Below, in pieces: positions 10,552 to 21,394 of a DNA stretch of 64,000 nucleotides. A program made the translations under genes and the position numbers. The stretch spans positions 1 to 64,000 of the forward strand of contig JAHPZE010000025.1 of NCBI GenBank assembly GCA_019058365.1, in the 5' to 3' direction. This stretch comes from Promethearchaeota archaeon (lineage in GTDB: Archaea; Asgardarchaeota; Lokiarchaeia; Sigyniarchaeales; SOKP01). Position 1 is the stretch's first letter. Each line of letters begins with the position of its first letter. The notes below the pieces were generated by a model, which did no database searches, was not told where the DNA came from, and saw only the letters and a list, made by a program, of their open reading frames with translations.

Positions 10552-11685
10552 TTATTTCAATAAACCTTTTTCTTTTAATTTGTCTAGCACAATTTCAGAT
10601 GTTTCTTTTATATATTTTGCTTGTGGTTTTATCCACTCTATTAAATCATCGATCCCTTTTTTAAAAGTTATTAATGGTCTATAACCTAACTTATTTTTTA
10701 TTTTTGAAATATCGGCAATACAATGTCTTATATCACCTATTCTATATTGTTGGTTAAATATAGGTTTTAAATCTGGACTGATTTTCCTAGTTATTATTTC
10801 TGCTACTTCCCTTATTGTGATTGGTATACTTGTACCAACATTAAAAACTTCACCGTTAGCAGCATTTTTCTCAATAGCAAGAGTTAATGCTTGACAAACA
10901 TCATTTACATTTATAAAATCACGTGATGAGTTTCCATCTTCAAAAATAATTGGAGGTTTTCCAGTGAGAGCTCGAGTACTAAATATTGCACAGACGCCTG
11001 TATACGGATTTGAAAGTGCTTGTCTTGTACCATATGTTAAAAAAAACCTTAACACTGTTGTATTTATGCCGTAAGTATTCCCAATCATTAAACCCATTTT
11101 TTCTTGAGCTTGTTTAGAGAAAGCATAAATTGAACTAGGATTCAACGGTGAATCTTCATCAGTTAGAAGAGGTTTAACCTTAGATCCACAATTGGGGCAA
11201 CTTAACTCCCATTCTTTATGTTTCAATTGATTTAATGATCTTAATTTGGGAAAAACTACCCCACAAGAATCACAATGACATTTACCTTCTCCATAAACTG
11301 TGTTAGATGATGCTAAAATAACTTTTTTCACATTATGTGGACTATTAACTAAAATATCAAGTAAATTAGCCAAACCGAGTATATTATTATCTACATATTT
11401 CTTTATATTATACATTGATTGTCCCACTCCCACCATCGCTGCTAAATGAAAGACTACGTCACTCTCTCCTACTAAATCTTCCAATTTTTTATAGTCAGTC
11501 ACAGAACCTCTATGGAATTTCGCACTTTTATTAAGATAATCTGGAGGATGATCTCTTTTTCCATGAACTTGCTCTTCTAATGTATCAATAATGGATACTT
11601 CATACCCTTTTTGATCAATTAATTTATCAACTAAATGGGAACCAATAAAACCCGCTCCACCAGTAACTAATATTTTTTTGGTCAT
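10552..11685 (-). CDS. NAD-dependent nucleotide-sugar epimerase/dehydratase with Cys-rich insert
   Basis: TGGAGFIGSH, YAFSK (YxxxK), ALSNPYTGV; CxCxxC...CPNC insertion. Confidence 0.85.
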   Translation of the reverse strand: MTKKILVTGGAGFIGSHLVDKLIDQKGYEVSIIDTLEEQVHGKRDHPPDYLNKSAKFHRGSVTDYKKLEDLVGESDVVFHLAAMVGVGQSMYNIKKYVDNNILGLANLLDILVNSPHNVKKVILASSNTVYGEGKCHCDSCGVVFPKLRSLNQLKHKEWELSCPNCGSKVKPLLTDEDSPLNPSSIYAFSKQAQEKMGLMIGNTYGINTTVLRFFLTYGTRQALSNPYTGVCAIFSTRALTGKPPIIFEDGNSSRDFINVNDVCQALTLAIEKNAANGEVFNVGTSIPITIREVAEIITRKISPDLKPIFNQQYRIGDIRHCIADISKIKNKLGYRPLITFKKGIDDLIEWIKPQAKYIKETSEIVLDKLKEKGLLK

Positions 11686-11865
11686 ATGATATTCTTAAGA
11701 CTAATTTTAGATATTTTAATAGTCCATAAGTTACTATTTAAATTAAAGAATATGATAAACCAATAAAATTGAATTAATTTATTGATAATTTATTAGAATA
11801 AGCGATCAAATTTTTTAATGATTTAACATGAACAAATTTGATATTGAAGTACATTTTCAATAACA

Positions 11866-12885
11866 GTGATTTATATGATAATTCGTTCAAAAGCCCCATT
11901 CAGAGTGAGTTTTGGTGGAGGAGGAACAGATATGACACCATATTGTATTGAGTATGGGGGGTGTGTAATAAATACAACTATTGATCGTCATGTGTATATT
12001 ACTTTGAAACCAAGACAAGATAAAGAAATTCATATTTTTTCAATTAATCTCAATAAAGAATTTCAATTTAAAATTGGAGACAGAAATTATTCTACAGAAT
12101 TTGACCTATTCAAGGGAGTTATTAATGTCTTAGAAATAAAGGAGGGATTCGATATCATAGTATATTCAGAATTACCCACAGGCTCTGGAATGGGTGGATC
12201 ATCTTCCTTATCAGTAGCATTAATAGGTGCTTTCAATAAATATTTGAATTTAGAATTGTCCAAACATGATATAGCACAAAAAGCATATAATATTGAGCGT
12301 ATTGAATTAAGACAGAAAGGAGGATATCAAGATCAATTTGCGGCTGCTTATGGGGGTTTCAATTTTATGGAATTTATCAAAGATACAAAAGTAATTCCCA
12401 TAAATGCGAGCAAAGATATGATCAATGAGCTCCAATTTCGGCTAATTTTATGTTATGTGGGGGGTTCTCATTTTTCTTCTGACATACAAGAAGAAGTACT
12501 ACAAGGGTATGATATTGAAAAGAAGTCGTATATTGAAGCGATGCAAGATCTCAAAGATGTAGCTCATTCTATGAGAAATATCGTAGAATCTAACAATTTA
12601 AATAGATTGAATGAATTTGGAGAACTTTTACATAAAGGCTGGTTAGCTAAAAAGAGTTTAAGTAATAAAATATCAAATAAAAATATAGAAAATTTTTATT
12701 TAACTTCAAGAAAACTTGGAGTTCTCGGAGGAAAACTATTGGGTGCTGGAGGAGGAGGCCATCTGTTATTATTTTCAGAACCAAATCAGAAACCTAAAGT
12801 AATACAAGAGTTAGAAAAAATAGGAGGAAAAATTGTTAATTTTCATTTTAATCCAAAGGGTCTTGAAGTATGGGAAATTAAGTAA
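11866..12885 (+). CDS. hddA: D-glycero-alpha-D-manno-heptose-7-phosphate kinase (GHMP family)
   Basis: PFRVSFGGGGTD, PTGSGMGGSSS, GGYQDQ, KLLGAGGGG; next to gmhA and gmhB; true start probably ATG 11875. Confidence 0.85.
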   Translation: MIYMIIRSKAPFRVSFGGGGTDMTPYCIEYGGCVINTTIDRHVYITLKPRQDKEIHIFSINLNKEFQFKIGDRNYSTEFDLFKGVINVLEIKEGFDIIVYSELPTGSGMGGSSSLSVALIGAFNKYLNLELSKHDIAQKAYNIERIELRQKGGYQDQFAAAYGGFNFMEFIKDTKVIPINASKDMINELQFRLILCYVGGSHFSSDIQEEVLQGYDIEKKSYIEAMQDLKDVAHSMRNIVESNNLNRLNEFGELLHKGWLAKKSLSNKISNKNIENFYLTSRKLGVLGGKLLGAGGGGHLLLFSEPNQKPKVIQELEKIGGKIVNFHFNPKGLEVWEIK

Positions 12886-12917
12886 ATTTAAAAAAGTATG
12901 ATTAAAGAGATAATAAG

Positions 12918-13484
12918 ATGGAAAGTGAAATAATCTCAATTTTAAATGAAAGTATTAAAGTTAAAGAAAAGATTAAGGAATTAACACCAATTATTGTAGA
13001 AATATCTAAGAAAATTATAAATGCTTATAAAAATAAGAAAAAAGTTGTTCTTTTTGGTAATGGTGGAAGCGCAGCAGATGCACAACATATTGCTGCTGAA
13101 TTTGTAGGAAAATTTTATAAAGATCGAGATTCACTTCCTTCTCTTGCTTTTCACACCAACGCATCAGTTCTTACAGCAATATCCAATGATTTTGGTTATG
13201 ATTTAGTGTTTGAAAGACAAGTATCCTCATTTGTAGAAGAAGGAGATATTGCTATTGGTATTAGTACATCTGGAAATTCTGCTAATGTAATAAAAGGCTT
13301 GATAAAAGCTAAAGAAAAAGGTGCTATAACTGTAGGTTTTACGGGGGAGAAAAATAGTAGAGTTGCGGATATTACAGATATTTGTTTAAAAATACCATCA
13401 AACGATACACCAAGAATTCAAGAAGGACATATAACTGTTGGACATATTATCTGTTATTTAGTTGAAAAAGAACTGTTTGGGTAA
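12918..13484 (+). CDS. gmhA: Sedoheptulose-7-phosphate isomerase
   Basis: GNGGSAADAQHIAAE, ISTSGNS, TPRIQEGH. Confidence 0.95.
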   Translation: MESEIISILNESIKVKEKIKELTPIIVEISKKIINAYKNKKKVVLFGNGGSAADAQHIAAEFVGKFYKDRDSLPSLAFHTNASVLTAISNDFGYDLVFERQVSSFVEEGDIAIGISTSGNSANVIKGLIKAKEKGAITVGFTGEKNSRVADITDICLKIPSNDTPRIQEGHITVGHIICYLVEKELFG

Positions 13485-13494
13485 CTGGTAATTC

Positions 13495-14130
13495 ATGAAA
13501 AAAATCGCAGTTTCTATTCATGCAACAGACGACTTCACAGTTGATATCTTAAAGGAATTAGAAGGGTTTGATTATATACATGTTGATGTCATGGATGGTA
13601 AATTTGTAAATAATACAAATAACAATCTAAATGTTTTTAAAATTTTAAAAGAAACTTATGAACTCCCCATAATAGCCCATTTAATGGTCATAAATCCCAT
13701 AGATTATATTGAAAAAATTGTCCATTATATTGACATTTTTTTATTTCATATTGAAATTGATAACAATAAGACTAAAATAATAAACGAAGTAAGAAAGAAA
13801 CATAAGAAAGTCGGTTTTGCTGTAAATCCAGAGACTCATATTTCTGAAATTATACCTTATCTTAAAAAAATCGATCTTGTCTTAATTATGAGTGTAAATC
13901 CCGGTTGGGCAGGTCAGAAATTTATACCAAATACAATAGAAAAAGTAAATAAATTAGCAGAATATAAAATGAAATATGACTTTCTGATTGATGTTGATGG
14001 TGGAATTAATCTTGAAAACGCAAAACTATTAAAAAATACAGATATTTTATCTAGCTCAAGTGCTATATTAAAAGCTAAAAATCCAAATAACACAATTAAA
14101 TTGCTTAAAGAATCTGATGAAAACAACTGA
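13495..14130 (+). CDS. rpe: Ribulose-phosphate 3-epimerase
   Basis: [34 protein letters not shown]. Confidence 0.93.
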   Translation: MKKIAVSIHATDDFTVDILKELEGFDYIHVDVMDGKFVNNTNNNLNVFKILKETYELPIIAHLMVINPIDYIEKIVHYIDIFLFHIEIDNNKTKIINEVRKKHKKVGFAVNPETHISEIIPYLKKIDLVLIMSVNPGWAGQKFIPNTIEKVNKLAEYKMKYDFLIDVDGGINLENAKLLKNTDILSSSSAILKAKNPNNTIKLLKESDENN

Positions 14131-14665
14131 TACAAATAAAGCAATTTTTTTAGATAGAGATGGTGTGATAAACAAAGAAGTTAGTCATCTTTCAGATCCG
14201 AAAGATTTTGAATTTATTAAGGGCTCAATTGAAGCTTTAAAATTACTTAAACAGAAAGGATTCTTGTTAATTATTATTACCAATCAAGCAGGTATAGCTA
14301 GAGGATACTTTACAGAAAAAACTCTTATAACCATCCACAATAAAATGAAAAATATATTAAAGAAAAATAATATACAGTTAGATGATATATATTATTGTCC
14401 TCACCATCCTGAATTCACAGGTCCATGTGATTGTAGAAAACCAAACCTTGGAATGATTTTAAAAGCACAATTAAAGTATAATATTGATTTAAGTAATTCG
14501 TATATGGTTGGAGACACATTGAATGATATTCAAACAGGTAGAGCAGCAAGGTGCAAAACAGTTTTAGTCTTAACTGGATATGGAAACGAGGAACAAAAAA
14601 AGATAAGCAATATAGTACCGGACATGATATTTAAAAACTTAAAAGAATTTGCTATAAGTATATAA
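14117..14665 (+). CDS. gmhB: Heptose-1,7-bisphosphate 7-phosphatase (HAD IIIA)
   Basis: [23 protein letters not shown]...CDCRKP, MVGD. Confidence 0.93.
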   Translation: MKTTDTNKAIFLDRDGVINKEVSHLSDPKDFEFIKGSIEALKLLKQKGFLLIIITNQAGIARGYFTEKTLITIHNKMKNILKKNNIQLDDIYYCPHHPEFTGPCDCRKPNLGMILKAQLKYNIDLSNSYMVGDTLNDIQTGRAARCKTVLVLTGYGNEEQKKISNIVPDMIFKNLKEFAISI

Positions 14666-14709
14666 AACAAATTAATATTATAATCACTAAACTATATTCG
14701 TGAAGTGGA

Positions 14710-15366
14710 ATGAAATTTTTTATAGATACTGCTAATTTAGAACAAATAAAAGAAATGCAAGAACTAGGGATTATTGACGGAGTTACTACAAATCCTACGC
14801 TTTTGGCAAGGGAAGGTGCTGATCCTACAGAACAATTAAGAAAAATATGTGAAATGGTTGATGGACCTGTTAGTGGAGAGGTTATAGGACTAACAACAGA
14901 AGAAATGGTTAAAGAAGCTCGTGAATTAGCTAAAATCGCTCCCAATATAGTAATCAAGATTCCGTTTACGAAGAATGGGATTAAAGCAGTAAATATTCTT
15001 GAACCTGAAGGGATTAAAACCAATGTTACTCTTGTGTTTTCACAAAATCAAGTTTTAATAGCAGCAAAAGCCGGAGCTTCTTATATAAGTCCTTTCATAG
15101 GAAGGTTAATGGATAATGGTCAAAATGAAATTGATATGCTTTGGGAATCAATGGAAATTCTCAACGCTTATGATTTTAAATCTGAATTAATCGTTGCTTC
15201 TGTGAGAAATGCTAGACAAGTCATTGAATCTGCTAAGATGGGAGCGCATATTGCTACAATTCCTTTTAATGTTCTTGACAAAATGTTCAAACATCCAAAT
15301 ACAGATCAAGGATTAGAAGATTTTCTTAAAGATTGGGAAAAACTGCAAAGTAAATTAAAAAAATAA
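14710..15366 (+). CDS. tal: Transaldolase (TalC/Fsa family)
   Basis: [22 protein letters not shown] Schiff-base Lys, YISPFIGR. Confidence 0.92.
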   Translation: MKFFIDTANLEQIKEMQELGIIDGVTTNPTLLAREGADPTEQLRKICEMVDGPVSGEVIGLTTEEMVKEARELAKIAPNIVIKIPFTKNGIKAVNILEPEGIKTNVTLVFSQNQVLIAAKAGASYISPFIGRLMDNGQNEIDMLWESMEILNAYDFKSELIVASVRNARQVIESAKMGAHIATIPFNVLDKMFKHPNTDQGLEDFLKDWEKLQSKLKK

Positions 15367-15374
15367 TCAAAAAA

Positions 15375-16373
15375 ATGGCTCTTATTGATGAGATTTCCAA
15401 ATGGAATAATAAGAAAGTGTTAGTCATTGGTGATGCTTTAGTAGATAAGTATATAATTGGATATACTGACAGAATCTCTCCTGATGCACCAGTCCCTAAT
15501 GTAAAAATAGAGAATAGTAGTGTTTACATTGGTGCAATTGGATTAGTACTTCAATATATCCAATCTTTAGGGGGAATTCCCGAAGTTTGTACTATTATTG
15601 GTAATGATTTCGAAGGTGATTTTTTTTTAAAGAGGATTAAAGAGTTAAAAGTAGAGCCTTCTGGCATTCTTGTTGATAAAAAAATAAAAACTCCTCAAAT
15701 AACTCGAATAAAAGCTATGAATCAACAACTTTTACGTTTAGAAACGGATTATAATGGTGATTTTTCTCAAAAAATAAGAGAAAAATTTAATGATCTTATA
15801 GCTACCAGATCTCAAGATTTAGGAGCAATATTAATTTTAGATTACGGTTTAGAAGGAATTTTCGAGGATTCGTTTATCCAGAAATTATTACGTTTTTTAA
15901 AACAAAAGTATAAGAACGTACCTATAATTGCTCGTCCTACAAAATTCAATTACTTCCTCTACGAAAATGTGGATTTGATTAGAATGAATCTTCAGAAAGC
16001 ATTGGATACATTCTCAATCGACTGTTGTAATGAAACAAGCATTATTATTGCGGGAAAAAGGATTTTGAACTCTTCCAAATGTAAGAATGTCCTATTGAAT
16101 TATTTAGAAACAGAATCTTTTTTATTTTCAAGTGAAATCGAAAAAGTAGAAAAGTATACTTCTATTTTACAACAACCAGTTAGAAGTTACGTAGCCGTTG
16201 GTAGTGTTATTATGGCAGTTTTAGGGTTATCATTTGCATCTGGAATTTCGGTTTCAGATAGTGTAAGAATTGCACTTTATGCTGCTGCACTCACTGCGAC
16301 TCTTCCACCCATTGAATTCTATAAAACTGAAAAGCTTCATAATTTTATGTTAACTAAAATGAACAATAATTAA
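15375..16373 (+). CDS. RfaE/HldE-like PfkB kinase-domain protein with degenerate catalytic motifs
   Basis: VLVIGDALVDKY...RISPDAPVP N-terminus and QQLLRLE; GGAAN and GAGD motifs are replaced. Confidence 0.75.
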   Translation: MALIDEISKWNNKKVLVIGDALVDKYIIGYTDRISPDAPVPNVKIENSSVYIGAIGLVLQYIQSLGGIPEVCTIIGNDFEGDFFLKRIKELKVEPSGILVDKKIKTPQITRIKAMNQQLLRLETDYNGDFSQKIREKFNDLIATRSQDLGAILILDYGLEGIFEDSFIQKLLRFLKQKYKNVPIIARPTKFNYFLYENVDLIRMNLQKALDTFSIDCCNETSIIIAGKRILNSSKCKNVLLNYLETESFLFSSEIEKVEKYTSILQQPVRSYVAVGSVIMAVLGLSFASGISVSDSVRIALYAAALTATLPPIEFYKTEKLHNFMLTKMNNN

Positions 16374-16394
16374 TTTATTCATTATGGTATTAGA

Positions 16395-17252
16395 ATGGAA
16401 TTATCTAAAGCTGATGAGCAGTCAATCTTAACTGAGATACTGGATATTAAAAAAGATATTTTGAAAATGATATATGAAGCTCAATCAGGTCATCCAGGTG
16501 GTTCTTTATCATGTGCTAATATAATTTATCTTCTTTATAACAAGATTATGAGAATAAATCCTAAAGACCCTTCATGGAAAGAAAGAGATATATTTATTTT
16601 AAGTAAAGGGCATGCGGCTCCTGCACTTTATGCTGTACTATCCAGATTTGGTTTTATAAAAAGAGAGGACTTATTCACATTAAGACAATATGGCTCGAAG
16701 TTACAAGGACATCCGGTTAAAAATTCAAAACTTGGAATAGAAATATCAACTGGATCCTTAGGTATGGGATTATCTATTGGAGTTGGGTGTGCTTTAGCCG
16801 CTAAATTAGATAATATAGATAGATCAATTTTTGTCCTATTAGGTGATGGAGAATTAAATGAAGGGGCTATCTGGGAGGCAGCGATGTCTGCTAATCATTA
16901 TAAATTGGACAATTTAATAGCAATTGTCGATCGTAACGGGATACAAATAGATGGTTCAACTGAAGAAGTAATGGCTTTAGAACCATTAGCAGAAAAATGG
17001 AAGGCATTCGGTTGGGAGGTAATAGAATTGGATGGTTCAAATCTTACAGAGATGCTTCGGGGATTTGAAAGATCTAAAACAATTATAGGTAGACCTAAAG
17101 TCATTATCTCCTATCTAATTAAAGGATCTGATATTTCATTTATGCAACATACTAAAGAATTCCATGGTCGAGCTCCAAATGAAACAGAATATAATGCAGC
17201 TCTTAAAGAATTGGATGATATTAAAACAAAATTGATAAAAGGCGATATATAA
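16395..17252 (+). CDS. tkt: Transketolase, N-terminal subunit
   Basis: SGHPGGSLS, LSKGHA, LQGHP, GDGELNEG TPP motif. Confidence 0.95.
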   Translation: MELSKADEQSILTEILDIKKDILKMIYEAQSGHPGGSLSCANIIYLLYNKIMRINPKDPSWKERDIFILSKGHAAPALYAVLSRFGFIKREDLFTLRQYGSKLQGHPVKNSKLGIEISTGSLGMGLSIGVGCALAAKLDNIDRSIFVLLGDGELNEGAIWEAAMSANHYKLDNLIAIVDRNGIQIDGSTEEVMALEPLAEKWKAFGWEVIELDGSNLTEMLRGFERSKTIIGRPKVIISYLIKGSDISFMQHTKEFHGRAPNETEYNAALKELDDIKTKLIKGDI

Positions 17253-17253
17253 A

Positions 17254-18177
17254 ATGTCTGAACCAACTCTTAGAGATACTTTTGGGGATTATTTAGTTGA
17301 AATTGGAAAGAAAAATAATGAGATTGTTGTTTTAGACGCCGATTTATCATCATCTACAAGAACCTTTAAATTCGCAAAAGCTTATCCTAATCGTTTTTTT
17401 AATATGGGAATTGCGGAACAAAATATGTTAGGAACAGCTTTAGGTTTTGCAATATCTGGAAAAATACCAGTAGTGGGGGGGTTTACTATATTTACAACAG
17501 GAAGAGCGTGGGAATTTATTAGGTTTGCGTGCCTTGACAATTTAAATTTTAAGATTATAACAACACATGGAGGTTTAGTAGGAGAGGATGGAAGTACTCA
17601 TAATTCTCTAGAAGATTTAAGTCTAATGGCGGCACTCCCGAATTTAAATATATTAATCCCTTCAGATAATATTGAATTAACCGAAATTCTAAATTGTACC
17701 TTCAATACTGAAGGACCATTTTATGTCAGATTACCAAGAGGGGCTTTCCCTAAAATTCATCAAGATAAATACAAATTCTGCATAGGAAAGCCAGATATCA
17801 TAAAAGAAGGAAAGGATATTTGCTTAATTGGAACCGGATATGGGAGTACATTAGCTTTAAGATCTGCTAATTTAATCGAAGAGACACTAAAAATATCAAT
17901 TAAAGTAATTAACTTTCCAACTATTAAACCAATTGATGAAAATTCTCTTTTAAAAGAGATAAAATCTGTTAAAGGAATTGTTGTTATAGAAGAGCATAAT
18001 ATTTACTGTGGTTTTGGAAGCATAATCGCTCGGATTGTTTCTGAAAATGTTCCAAAAACGATAAAAATCGTTGGAATAAATAATTCTTTTGGTGAATCTG
18101 GAAAAAGAGAAGTCTTATTAAATTCTTATGGTTTGAATGTAGAAACAATTATAGAACAAATAAAAAAAATTATTTAA
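17254..18177 (+). CDS. tkt: Transketolase, C-terminal subunit
   Basis: LDADLSSST, MGIAEQN, GEDGSTH, EEH. Confidence 0.95.
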   Translation: MSEPTLRDTFGDYLVEIGKKNNEIVVLDADLSSSTRTFKFAKAYPNRFFNMGIAEQNMLGTALGFAISGKIPVVGGFTIFTTGRAWEFIRFACLDNLNFKIITTHGGLVGEDGSTHNSLEDLSLMAALPNLNILIPSDNIELTEILNCTFNTEGPFYVRLPRGAFPKIHQDKYKFCIGKPDIIKEGKDICLIGTGYGSTLALRSANLIEETLKISIKVINFPTIKPIDENSLLKEIKSVKGIVVIEEHNIYCGFGSIIARIVSENVPKTIKIVGINNSFGESGKREVLLNSYGLNVETIIEQIKKII

Positions 18178-18204
18178 TTTTTAAATTAAGTTTCTTTTAA
18201 TAAA

Positions 18205-18738
18205 TTAATGTGGTAAATAACCCATATCATTTAACGCATTCAATATCATATCTTTACTTTCTTCAATAGTTTGTTTATCTGTTTCAACTATGATATCCGC
18301 TTTATCTGGTTCCTCGAAAGGATGGTCAATTCCAGTAAAATCCTTTATTACTCCTGCGCGTGCTTTTGCATACATTCCTTTAACATCTCGATTTTCGCAT
18401 TCTTCAAGAGAGCACTTTACATAGACAAGAATATATTCTCCAATTTCATTCCGGGAATATGCTCTGATTTTGTTATATGGAGATACAAAAGATGCTAGAA
18501 CCGCAACTCCATTACGAGTCAAAAGTTTAGCTACAAATGTGACTCTTTCAATGTTCATGTTTCGGTCTTCTTCAGTAAATCCCAAATCTTTTGTTAAACT
18601 TTTCCTAACAATATCTCCATCAAGTCTTTCTACTTTCATTCCTTTTTCTTTTAAATCTTCAGCAACTGCGTTTGCTAAAACGGATTTCCCAGAACACGGA
18701 AGTCCTGTAAACCATAATGTAAATCCTTTATGTTCCAT
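18205..18738 (-). CDS. cysC: Adenylyl-sulfate (APS) kinase
   Basis: WFTGLPCSGKS P-loop, LDGDIVR, RDVKGMY, FTGID. Confidence 0.96.
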   Translation of the reverse strand: MEHKGFTLWFTGLPCSGKSVLANAVAEDLKEKGMKVERLDGDIVRKSLTKDLGFTEEDRNMNIERVTFVAKLLTRNGVAVLASFVSPYNKIRAYSRNEIGEYILVYVKCSLEECENRDVKGMYAKARAGVIKDFTGIDHPFEEPDKADIIVETDKQTIEESKDMILNALNDMGYLPH

Positions 18739-18758
18739 TTTTTTTCATTTTAATTTTT

Positions 18759-20147
18759 TTAAAAATTTATTATAGATCCTTCCATATCTTTAGGAATATC
18801 AACTCCTAAAATTTTTAGGGACGTTGGCGCAATATCAAGTATGCTCTTAATTCCTAAATTTTTCCCTAATTTTTTTTTTGGGTTAAAAATAACATAAATC
18901 CCATCCCAATCATGAACCGCATCATCTGGTCCTGTGTCATTTTCATTTAAATACATTGATTCGTAACCAACCGTTCCAGCTGATCTCCAATTTAAGTTAT
19001 CGAAATAGACCATTAGGTCTGGTGCGTCCCCCCTAATTACCTCATATAATTCTTCGGGTTTATAAACTATTGTATTCATTGGATTACCATTATTATCTTT
19101 TATCGATTTTATTTTTTTGATGATTTGATCTCTCATTTTTTCATAATTTTTTTGTTTCACAATTCCATGAGGTTCTCTACCTTCTATATTTAGAAAAACT
19201 CTTGCATAGTAACCTCCCCATCCCCACGCATAAGTCTTATTCCAATCAATATCAGCGTCTATTAATCGTGTTTTAGGTTTTGGTTTAGTTTTAAATTTTA
19301 ACAATCCTAACTCTTCAAGAGCCATATTAACGCACACTAAACCTTTCATTGCTTTAGCGCCATGATCTGACACGATCATTGTAATTGCATGTTCACCAAC
19401 AATATCTAAGATTTCTCCAACTTCTTGATCTAAATATTGGTAATATTTTCTCATTTCTCCTTCAAATTTATTTCCAGGTTCATATTTAGGGTGAGTTTTA
19501 TCATAAAACTTCCAAAATGCGTGGTGAAATCTGTCTAATCCAATAATTACAAATTTAAAATAATCCCAATCCTTATTCTGCATTAAATATTTGACTGTTT
19601 TAAATTGAACTTTAGTCATTTCATAGATCTCTTTTAATAAGATTGTTTTATCTTCTATTCTGAAGTTAGCATCTAAGATATACTTACCAATGTGTTCTTT
19701 AATTTCTTCTTTTAATTCTGGCGGATAGGTATAATTTGAGTCTATATCTGGTGTAATAAAACCAGATACAAGGCAACCATTTATTGGTTGAACAGGAAAT
19801 GTTGGGGGGATTCCTAGAATACAAGATTTTAAGCCTTTTTTCGCTATTATATCCCAAACTTTTGGTTCTTTTATTTTATAAGATGTTGCAATCCAATAAT
19901 CGTCATATGAATTCTCTTTTCTATGTCTAAATCCATATAATCCTAATGTTCCCGCTTTTTTACTTGTAGACATAACCATCCAAGCGGGTATTGTAATTGG
20001 GGGATGGCATGTTCTTAATTTTCCATGTACCCCATATTTCAACATCTTTTTTATATTTGGGCAATCCTCTAGAAAATCTTCGAATAAAGTTTTAGGTGTA
20101 GCGCAATCTAAACCAATAATCACTAATTTTTTATTGTTTTTACTCAT
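18759..20147 (-). CDS. AlkP-superfamily nucleotide pyrophosphatase/phosphodiesterase-like protein (COG3379-type)
   Basis: IIGLD, PPITIPAW (Thr nucleophile), DRFHH, SDHG, DIAPT; lies between sat and cysC. Confidence 0.88.
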   Translation of the reverse strand: MSKNNKKLVIIGLDCATPKTLFEDFLEDCPNIKKMLKYGVHGKLRTCHPPITIPAWMVMSTSKKAGTLGLYGFRHRKENSYDDYWIATSYKIKEPKVWDIIAKKGLKSCILGIPPTFPVQPINGCLVSGFITPDIDSNYTYPPELKEEIKEHIGKYILDANFRIEDKTILLKEIYEMTKVQFKTVKYLMQNKDWDYFKFVIIGLDRFHHAFWKFYDKTHPKYEPGNKFEGEMRKYYQYLDQEVGEILDIVGEHAITMIVSDHGAKAMKGLVCVNMALEELGLLKFKTKPKPKTRLIDADIDWNKTYAWGWGGYYARVFLNIEGREPHGIVKQKNYEKMRDQIIKKIKSIKDNNGNPMNTIVYKPEELYEVIRGDAPDLMVYFDNLNWRSAGTVGYESMYLNENDTGPDDAVHDWDGIYVIFNPKKKLGKNLGIKSILDIAPTSLKILGVDIPKDMEGSIINF

Positions 20148-20193
20148 TTTAAAGCATATTTTAAATTAATTTTTATGAGAGTGAGAAATAAAT

Positions 20194-21342
20194 TTAAGAT
20201 ACAAAAGGATTTTTATACTGTAAAATAACTTTAGCAACTTCAGGACGCATAACTTCTGGATCTGGAGGTTTTCCTGATTGTAGTGCTGTCCGTATTTCTG
20301 TTCCAGAAAAGTAATTATGCATTTCTGGGGGATGAGGGCAAATTTTATCATTAACCACAGCATTGCACTTGCTACATTTTGAAAATGATCTAAATTTGAT
20401 TGGTTCAATTCCTAAATCAGGAAAATGGTCAAAAATTTCGTGGGCATCGTATGGACCATAATAATCCCCAACCCCTGCATGATCTCGGCCAATAATAATA
20501 TGATCACATCCATAGTTTTTTCGTGCAATTGCATGAAAAATAGCTTCTTTCGGACCAGCATATCTCATTTCAGTTTCAAAAGTACTTAAAACAACTCTGT
20601 CTTTAGGATAATATTCATCAATTAACACTTGATAAGATTTTATTATGACTTCATCTAAGAAATCGCCAACTTTTTTCTTACCAATTACGGGATTAATAAA
20701 CAGGCCGTCAACATACGTTAGACCCGCTTTTTGTACATATTCATGACCAAGATGGGGTGGATTTCTCGTTTGAAAAGCAACTACTCTATCCCACTTCTTT
20801 TGTTTAAAAAGCACTCTAGTTTCTATAGGCTTGAGGTCCAATTCTGGAAATACTGCTTTAGGTTCATTAATCAAAAATATCTCTCCACCAATTAACTTTT
20901 CATGCATCTTAAAAACAGAATCAACACCAGGATGATCTCGATCCAGTGTACCATATACCTTTTTTGCAAATTCCTTCTTATCATAAGTATATATATCTTC
21001 TATATCCATAAGTGCAATTGGTTTTTCTGTAAGATCTGTTAAAATAACCCTATCATCAACATTAAAAGATTTTGCTTTTGTTTCTGAAACATCTAAGACA
21101 ATTGGAAAAGGCCATGCAACATTATTTTCTAAATACATGTGTTCAAGAACATATCTATAATTATTTTCATTCATAAATCCTTCTAGTGGACTAAAAACTC
21201 CAAATCCGATATTCTTGATTACTTTTATGGTTTGAGGGTTGACTTGGATTGTTTCAAATTCATCAATTTCCCTTAAAATTCTCTCTTTTTCTACTTTTGG
21301 TAAGTCTTTATTAATTAAACTACCACCATGAGGCTGTATCAT
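20194..21342 (-). CDS. sat: Sulfate adenylyltransferase
   Basis: PHGG, FQTRNPPHLGH, MRYAGPKEA, GRDHAGVG. Confidence 0.97.
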   Translation of the reverse strand: MIQPHGGSLINKDLPKVEKERILREIDEFETIQVNPQTIKVIKNIGFGVFSPLEGFMNENNYRYVLEHMYLENNVAWPFPIVLDVSETKAKSFNVDDRVILTDLTEKPIALMDIEDIYTYDKKEFAKKVYGTLDRDHPGVDSVFKMHEKLIGGEIFLINEPKAVFPELDLKPIETRVLFKQKKWDRVVAFQTRNPPHLGHEYVQKAGLTYVDGLFINPVIGKKKVGDFLDEVIIKSYQVLIDEYYPKDRVVLSTFETEMRYAGPKEAIFHAIARKNYGCDHIIIGRDHAGVGDYYGPYDAHEIFDHFPDLGIEPIKFRSFSKCSKCNAVVNDKICPHPPEMHNYFSGTEIRTALQSGKPPDPEVMRPEVAKVILQYKNPFVS

Positions 21343-21394
21343 CTTATTATCCTCTATTTTTTGTTAATATACTAATTGAATATAATTGAACTTC

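Noticed and set aside
18205-21342. sat as a marker of dissimilatory or assimilatory sulfate reduction
   Set aside because: No aprAB, dsr, cysH or sulfite reductase nearby; linkage to cysC and glycan genes points to PAPS supply.
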